A DNA stretch of 64,000 nucleotides, taken from contig JAZDCZ010000011.1 of NCBI GenBank assembly GCA_036679605.1, forward strand, positions 73,971-137,970, given 5' to 3'. Both the position numbers and the translations under genes were made by a program. How positions within the stretch are numbered: position 1 is the stretch's first letter; each line of letters opens with the position of its first letter. This document shows positions 58,028 through 64,000 of this stretch, one piece after another. A model generated the notes under the pieces. That model saw only the letters and a list, made by a program, of their open reading frames with translations, was not told the DNA's origin and did not search any database. The stretch comes from Gemmatimonadota bacterium. Lineage in GTDB: Bacteria > Gemmatimonadota > Gemmatimonadetes > Gemmatimonadales > GWC2-71-9.

Positions 58028-59809
58028 GACTCCTTAGCCGTGCCGGTGCTGCTGCTAGCCGTGTCGATTCCCCTCGGTTCGGGCGTTGCCGGCGCCCAGG
58101 AAGTTCGCGACCGGAGTCAGGAGCTGGCCGCCCGGGTTCGGCAGGTGTTCGAAGAGTGGGACGCCGTCGATGCACCCGGCTGTGCCGTGGGGGCTGCCAG
58201 AGATGGAAGCGTGCTGTTCGAGGGGTCGTTCGGCTTGGCCAGCATCGAGCACCAAGTACCCATTACGGCGGAGACGGTCTTCGACATCGCATCGATGTCG
58301 AAACAGTTCACGGCCATGGCGATCCTGCTCTTGGAGAGCGAAGGAAAGCTCTCGCTGGAGTCGGAAGTGCGCGAGTTTGTGCCTGAGCTTCCGGCGTTCG
58401 ACGATCATCCGCCGATTCGGATCCGTCACCTGCTCGACCATACCAACGGGCTGCGTGACTACCTAGGTATGTTGCAGTTTCTGGGGCTCGACAAGCTCGA
58501 GGATTTCGTGGGTCCCGAGGAAGCCCTCGAGCTGATTGTCGCTCAGCCTGAGATCTCAAGAGATCCCGGTGATCGCTACAGCTACACGAATGCTGGGTAC
58601 TTCCTTCTGGGCGTCATCGTCGAGAGGGTCTCCGGACTTCCACTGCCTAAGTTCGCCACCCAGCGCATATTCGAGCCCCTCGGGATGAGCCAGACCCTCT
58701 TCCTGGATGATCTGACTCGGATCGTGCCTCGGCGAGCGCGTGGTTATGCACCAGCCGCTTCCGGTGGATTCAGGCTGGATGAGCAGAACATGCCCGAGGT
58801 TGGACCGGGCGGCGTACAATCCTCCCTGGCCGATCTGCTCCGATGGGCGCGCAACTTCGATCAGCCCGTCGTCGGCACACCGGAGGTGATTCGACGTTTG
58901 ACCTCGCCGACGCGGCTCAACGACGGCTCGCAGAGCGGCTATGCTGCCGGTTTATTCGTGACGAGTTATCGGGGGCTTTCCACGATCGAGCATGCAGGGG
59001 CGATGGTAGGATTCAACGCCAACCTGATGCGGTTTCCCGAGCAGCGCTTCACAGTTCTTGCGCTCTGCAATCGCAAAGGCGTCAACCCGATCCGGATATC
59101 CCACTCGGTAGCCGATGTGTACCTGGAAGAAGAGCTGGAGGACGTCGCGCCGCCACCGCCAGACGCCGAGCCCCAGCGGGAGCCGGTGGAGGAGGCCGAC
59201 CCAGAGCCACCCGTGCCCGGCGCAGGTCTCTTCGACCCGGCAGGAACCTACTTTCAGATGTATGGCGATGCCTCCATTACTGTCGGCCATGAGGACGGGC
59301 GGTTGACGGCGGTGATGCGGGCCGACACGGGAGAGGCACCGCTCGCGCTGACCCCTCTCGTGCCTGCGGGCTTCACGGTTCGTGGCGCACCCGGTGTGGA
59401 GTCCCTTGCCTTCAACCCCGAGACGCCGTTGATGGCAGCCAGTCTGGAGCTGCGATCTCCCGATGGTGACGTGAGGCGCTTTGTCAGGATCCCGCCCCTT
59501 TCCGACGCTGAGAAGAGAAGCACCGAGGGGCGGTACTACTGCAACGAGATTGGCACGACCTATGTCGTAGCCGCCGATGGTCGCGTGCTGCGCATCACGC
59601 GCGGCGAAAGGCCCCGGCGTGTCATCTTCCCGCGACTCGTTCGTGTGGCCGCCGATCGTTTCATGAGGGGTGGAGAAACCGGCGTGGCTATCAGGCGAAG
59701 TGGGCGAGGCGAGGTCATCGGCATGACGGTATTCTCGGAACGAGACATCCGCTTAGAGTGTGAGAAAGTTGCTGGCGATGATACCGGGACGCCGCAGCGA
59801 TCAAGATAG
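58022..59809 (+). CDS. serine hydrolase, beta-lactamase/D-aminopeptidase family, exported
   Basis: SMSK (SxxK), YTN and HAG motifs, LLDHTNGL, signal peptide. Confidence 0.9.
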   Translation: MNDSLAVPVLLLAVSIPLGSGVAGAQEVRDRSQELAARVRQVFEEWDAVDAPGCAVGAARDGSVLFEGSFGLASIEHQVPITAETVFDIASMSKQFTAMAILLLESEGKLSLESEVREFVPELPAFDDHPPIRIRHLLDHTNGLRDYLGMLQFLGLDKLEDFVGPEEALELIVAQPEISRDPGDRYSYTNAGYFLLGVIVERVSGLPLPKFATQRIFEPLGMSQTLFLDDLTRIVPRRARGYAPAASGGFRLDEQNMPEVGPGGVQSSLADLLRWARNFDQPVVGTPEVIRRLTSPTRLNDGSQSGYAAGLFVTSYRGLSTIEHAGAMVGFNANLMRFPEQRFTVLALCNRKGVNPIRISHSVADVYLEEELEDVAPPPPDAEPQREPVEEADPEPPVPGAGLFDPAGTYFQMYGDASITVGHEDGRLTAVMRADTGEAPLALTPLVPAGFTVRGAPGVESLAFNPETPLMAASLELRSPDGDVRRFVRIPPLSDAEKRSTEGRYYCNEIGTTYVVAADGRVLRITRGERPRRVIFPRLVRVAADRFMRGGETGVAIRRSGRGEVIGMTVFSERDIRLECEKVAGDDTGTPQRSR

Positions 59810-59873
59810 CGCCGGCTTCCTGACCCAGCGATTCCTGCACGTGATCGGTTCCGGCCCACGTACCGGCCGGGCT

Positions 59874-60115
59874 TAAGCAGAATCGGTGGTCCAGCTAGAC
59901 GCCGCAACCGATGATCTCAGGAGGAAAAACCGGTAGCCGTAATAGCACTTCGCACTACGTTTTCATGAACGGAGTCTGAGGCGGCCGAATTCAAGTTGAC
60001 AATATCACTCACGATTCCCAGATGGCGGAGTAGGAGGGTTGACGTATCCCTACGCAGATGTTAATTTTTTCTCACCTAGATGCGAAAAAATTCTCACGTA
60101 GGAGTAGCGATGAAC
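59874..60115 (+). repeat. ~240-bp direct repeat, copy 2
   Basis: Matches 57786-58027. The operator here has 2 mismatches (CTCACCTAGATGCG). Confidence 0.93.
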
Positions 60116-60499
60116 CACGTCCCAGAGCCCACTCTGAGCCGTCGCGAGAGGCAGATCATGGATATCATCCACCGGTTCGAGCGCGTCACGGCGGCTGAAA
60201 TCCATGCAGAACTTCCGCATCCGCCGGGGTATTCATCAGTGCGCACGCTGCTCCGGGTGTTGGAACGCAAAGGGCATATCCGGCACGATCAGGAGGGCCA
60301 ACGGTACGTCTACGTCGCCAATGAATCCCGGGACGACGCCCGCCGGTCCGCCATGAAGCGAGTATTGGATACGTTCTGCGGCGGCTCGGCGGAGGAGGCG
60401 GTTGCAGCACTTTTGGACATCGAAGCAAGAAACGTTTCAGATGCCGAGCTGAGCCGCATGATGGCGATGATCAAGAACGCAAGGCGGAGGGGACGATGA
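60110..60499 (+). CDS. BlaI/MecI/CopY family repressor
   Basis: LSRRERQIMDII, YSSVRTLLRVLERKGHI, FCGGSAEEAVAALL. Confidence 0.94.
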   Translation: MNHVPEPTLSRRERQIMDIIHRFERVTAAEIHAELPHPPGYSSVRTLLRVLERKGHIRHDQEGQRYVYVANESRDDARRSAMKRVLDTFCGGSAEEAVAALLDIEARNVSDAELSRMMAMIKNARRRGR

Positions 60500-62874
60500 A
60501 CACGATTCCGATGGCCGAGGGCGCCCTCACCTGGCTCGGGGCGGTGGCGATCAGGGCCGCCATCCTCCTTGCCCTAGCTTGGATTACGAATGCCGTGCTC
60601 AAGAGCACGGCTCCGCGGGTGCGCCGAGGTGCATGGAGCGCGGCCATCGTCGGCACGCTGATCCTGCCATTCCTCCACGGCCTCGCTCCCCAATGGCGCA
60701 TCGCCATCGTGGACCCGTGGCCGGGCGCGGCGCTGACCGCTCCGCTCGACGTCGTGTCGGCTGCCGTCCCGAGTGCCCCCGAGGTGAGTTCGGTATCTCG
60801 CCGAGCGGAACCCCACGAATCGACTGGCACGGCGACCTCCCCGTCCCTTCGGGAAGCCAGCACTACAACCACGGGTTGGAGCTTCGGCCGCAACGAAGCC
60901 GCTATCCTGTTGCTGCTTCTGTGGTACGGTGGCGCGGCTGCATTGATGCTTCGTTTTGCGATACAGCTCGCTCGAGTCGAAGGCGTCATCCGAAGAGCGC
61001 GCCCGTTTGCGACCAGCCATTCCAGGCGATTGGCGGGCGGCCTCCTCCGTGCGCTCGGCGTGAACCGGCGGGTGCGTTTCCTCACGAGCGACGAAGTTCA
61101 GACACCGCTCACCGTCGGGACGATCCGGCCGGTGGTGCTCGTTCCCGCGGAGGCCGAGCAGTGGTCGGACGAACGCGTGCAAATCGTCCTCTCGCACGAG
61201 TTGGTTCACGTGATGCGTCACGACTGGCTGTTCCAAACTTTGGGATACATGGTGCGCGCCAGTTATTGGTTCAATCCTCTGGCATGGATGGCCGTGCGAC
61301 AGCTGGCAGACGAGCAAGAAAAGGCGTGCGACGACGGGGTCATCGCACTCGGCACGAAGCCAAGTGTCTACGCCACGCACCTGGTGAGCCTCGCGCAGGG
61401 GTTGCACCTGCGGCGCACCGCGGGCGCTGTGCTTCCCATGGTCCGTACCTCACGATTGGAAGGAAGGGTGAAGTCCATGCTCGAGAGTTCCGGCGTGCGC
61501 CACGGCGCCCGCAAACACGCAGCCGCTGCCATGGCCGCCATGGCGGTCCTCGCCTGCGGCGTCGCGTCGGCCCGACCCACGCTTGAGTACACTGCGCCCG
61601 TACCGATCGAGAGCTTGCCGTACGCGGCGGGCGAATCGGGGGCCGCGAATCGTTCGGAGCGCCTCGGATATACCCCGATCACGGACACGGCATCCGACAC
61701 GATACGCGTGCAACCGTTTGCAGTTCAGAACGCCGAATGTCTCGACGACATCGTACCCGAGCGTCCCGGCTGGCGCCGGCGGTTCAGCGGGACGTGGAGC
61801 ACGAGCACCCGCGGCGGCCGTGAGGTCATCAACCGACGCATCGGCTATTTCGGCAATGGCGATTTCATCCTCGAGACGAACCTCGACGACGATTTCTGCA
61901 TCTACATGTTCGTGCGCGATTCGGTGGAATTCAGTGAGAACGGCTCGTCCATCGTGAACATGGAGCGCGGCGCGCTGGTCGAATTGGCCACGAGCGATCG
62001 AGGATCGCGGCGACACATGACGATCCGCGGCCTCCGCAACGGCGAGCGCGAAATCGAGTGGTTTGTGGGCGGCGACGACCGCGCATTCGACGACGACGCA
62101 CGGGCGTGGCTGGACGCCACGTTGGCGGTCTTGGCCGATGTGCGGCAGATCGCTGTGCTGCGCTCTCAACAGAGCGCGCTGCGCGGACGCATCAGTAGTA
62201 TTCGCGGCCGGCGGAGTTCACTGCGCGGACGCATCAGCAGCATTCGGGGTCGGGAAAGTTCACTCCGAGGTCGCATCAGCAGCGAACGAGGTCGGGTCAG
62301 TTCCCTGCGCGGACGCATCAGCAGCATTCGGGGTCGGGAAAGTTCACTCCGAGGTCGCATCAGCAGCATTCAGGGTCGGGAGAGTTCGATGCGCGGGAGC
62401 ATCAGCAGCATCCACGCCCGAATGGGCAAGCTACGCCGCCAGATACAAGTGCTCGACGAACTCGACGCCGCGCCACGCGTTCGCGATAGTCTTCAAAACC
62501 AACTCGTGGTGGACCAGGCCCGCATCGAACAGACCCGTCGTGACATCGAGGAGTGGGATACCGCAGCGCAGGTCGCGAAGGTACAGCAGCAGATCACCGA
62601 TCTCCGAACCGCGGAGCGGATCGCAGAAGTTGAGGCTGAGATCCCTCAACTGAGTACGGCCGGGCGCATCGCGGAGATCGAACAACAGATTGCCGACCTG
62701 CAGGTCGAGGATCGCGTGGCCGAGGTCGAAGAGGAGATCGAGGCTCTCAACGTCGAGGGGCGGGTCGACGAGATCGAGCGGGAGATCCGCGAGTTGAACG
62801 CCGACGAGCGGATCGATCGGTTGGAGGATAGTCTCGAGGGGAAGTATCGGACGTTGAGAAGAGTGACGCGGTAG
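60496..62874 (+). CDS. M56 family (BlaR1-like) metallopeptidase with C-terminal coiled-coil repeats
   Basis: HELVHVMRHD, YWFNPL, EQEKACDD. ATGA overlap with the BlaI-like gene. Confidence 0.9.
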   Translation: MNTIPMAEGALTWLGAVAIRAAILLALAWITNAVLKSTAPRVRRGAWSAAIVGTLILPFLHGLAPQWRIAIVDPWPGAALTAPLDVVSAAVPSAPEVSSVSRRAEPHESTGTATSPSLREASTTTTGWSFGRNEAAILLLLLWYGGAAALMLRFAIQLARVEGVIRRARPFATSHSRRLAGGLLRALGVNRRVRFLTSDEVQTPLTVGTIRPVVLVPAEAEQWSDERVQIVLSHELVHVMRHDWLFQTLGYMVRASYWFNPLAWMAVRQLADEQEKACDDGVIALGTKPSVYATHLVSLAQGLHLRRTAGAVLPMVRTSRLEGRVKSMLESSGVRHGARKHAAAAMAAMAVLACGVASARPTLEYTAPVPIESLPYAAGESGAANRSERLGYTPITDTASDTIRVQPFAVQNAECLDDIVPERPGWRRRFSGTWSTSTRGGREVINRRIGYFGNGDFILETNLDDDFCIYMFVRDSVEFSENGSSIVNMERGALVELATSDRGSRRHMTIRGLRNGEREIEWFVGGDDRAFDDDARAWLDATLAVLADVRQIAVLRSQQSALRGRISSIRGRRSSLRGRISSIRGRESSLRGRISSERGRVSSLRGRISSIRGRESSLRGRISSIQGRESSMRGSISSIHARMGKLRRQIQVLDELDAAPRVRDSLQNQLVVDQARIEQTRRDIEEWDTAAQVAKVQQQITDLRTAERIAEVEAEIPQLSTAGRIAEIEQQIADLQVEDRVAEVEEEIEALNVEGRVDEIEREIRELNADERIDRLEDSLEGKYRTLRRVTR
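62173..62412 (+). repeat. coding tandem repeat, 42-bp unit, about 5.7 copies
   Basis: SSLRGRISSIRGRE units. 62221-62283 is identical to 62305-62367. Confidence 0.93.
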
Positions 62875-63039
62875 GGGCGGGAGCCGCAATCAGGAAGCAC
62901 CGGGCAGGGTCGAAGGGCAGAGGCTCTGCGAGCCCATGCCAAGCAGTTCGCTCTCGACATCATCGTTGGCTGTCCGATCTTCTCGATGATTAGTGTGGCA
63001 CTACACCGAATGCAATTGCCGAATCAGGAGCGAGGTTGC

Positions 63040-63948
63040 ATGAAGCTCATTCCTAAAGCGCTGTTTGTAGTTTTTGTTGCGGCGTCCTTTCGCACTGCGC
63101 CTCTCGCAGGGCAGGGTTTGGAAATTCGTGTCGCGCCATCGGACGTCATTTACATCAATCAAAATAATCGGAGAATCGGAATTTATGACATCATGGTGCA
63201 GACCATATCGGTCATAAATAACTCCGATGGCCCTGTAATACTTGACGAGATTCTTATCGAAGTCGTCAAGAAAGGCGACGTCATTTTGACCGATCGCCTT
63301 CTGGCTGAAAATTATGGACCTGTATGGAAAGCCTTTTATCCGTATTACTCCGACCCTGAAACGCAGAAGTCGGACAATTCGCTGGTGTTATTCAGCGAGG
63401 TGTTGCCGGAGGGAGTGACCGTCTCGCCTACGCTCACACTCGGGCCGAACACGGCGATCCTTGTTCGGAACCGACTGCTTGCGCTGTCGGGATATATTCT
63501 GCCCGATACGGTTCGCGTCAGCGCAACGGTTGCTGACGCGGCGGGGAAGCCGACGACGGCGGAGACGAGCCTTCCCGTCGTTAGATATGAAGCCAAGAAC
63601 GAGTTCATTTTTCCCTTGGGGGGGCGGTGGTATGTAAGCTCGTCATCGTCCATTCGCAGCCATCACCGTGCGCGGCCGCCACATGAGTTCGCCTTGGATC
63701 TCATGAAGATAGGCGAAGGCGGCAGAAGTTTTCGCACCGACGGGTCCAGCCCGGAGGATTACTACGCGTTCGGCAAGGACGTGCTGGCAATCGCCGACGG
63801 AACGGTTATCGCCGCCGAGAAAGAAATACCGGAAACAGAAATGCCCAAACCGGGGGAAGCGCGCGGAGATAAGGGCGTTTCTATCCAGCGATCTGACGGT
63901 TTGTCGCACCTGGGAAGCGATGGCATACGGATCACCCGTCGTTCGTAG
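63040..63948 (+). pseudogene. 3'-truncated M23-family peptidase-like gene
   Basis: Signal peptide. FALD and FGKDVLAIADGTV begin an M23-like domain, but the catalytic HxH half is absent. Confidence 0.65.
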
Positions 63949-64000
63949 CATCATCGACCGCAACCGAAAGCCGAAACGCTCGATGGTGGCTCCTACTTGG
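63862..64000 (-). pseudogene. fragment of a 13th ADOP-type permease, 3'-truncated
   Basis: The frame is open from the window edge. LRSMMLRTTGDPYAIASQVRQTVRSLDRNALIS matches the end of the second periplasmic domain. No C-terminal TM helices follow. Confidence 0.6.

Noticed and set aside
62173..62412. CRISPR-like periodic repeat
   Set aside because: No unique spacers. The unit is 42 bp, in frame, with synonymous variation inside a CDS, and no cas genes are present.
58022..62874. A true blaZ-blaR1-blaI beta-lactam resistance locus
   Set aside because: The hydrolase is of the long class C/D-aminopeptidase-like type, and the M56 protein lacks a penicillin-binding domain.

Overview
GC-rich bacterial accessory region. 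Its gene content resembles Gemmatimonadota/Acidobacteriota, but taxonomy is only inferred. It is dominated by 12 two-gene modules, each a PadR-family regulator directly followed by a ~880-920 aa duplicated MacB/FtsX-type permease of the ADOP type, plus a fragment of a 13th permease at the right edge. No ABC ATPase or membrane-fusion gene is present in the window. The modules fall into three classes, and PadR subfamily and the permease's N-terminal head domain co-vary in 12 of 12 pairs. All four class A modules share a tandem 19-bp operator. Several permeases have an in-frame RBS and start codon right after the head. Together this suggests a modular membrane-receptor/repressor signalling array rather than plain transporters (inference). 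Interspersed are two BlaI + M56 (BlaR1-like) pairs with unusual repeat-rich C-termini, an ECF sigma + anti-sigma-like/thioredoxin-fold pair, several probably exported peptidases/hydrolases, a three-layer nested IS cluster, one decaying module, a duplicated 240-bp BlaI promoter and a deletion junction at the right end. No rRNA, tRNA or CRISPR array was seen.
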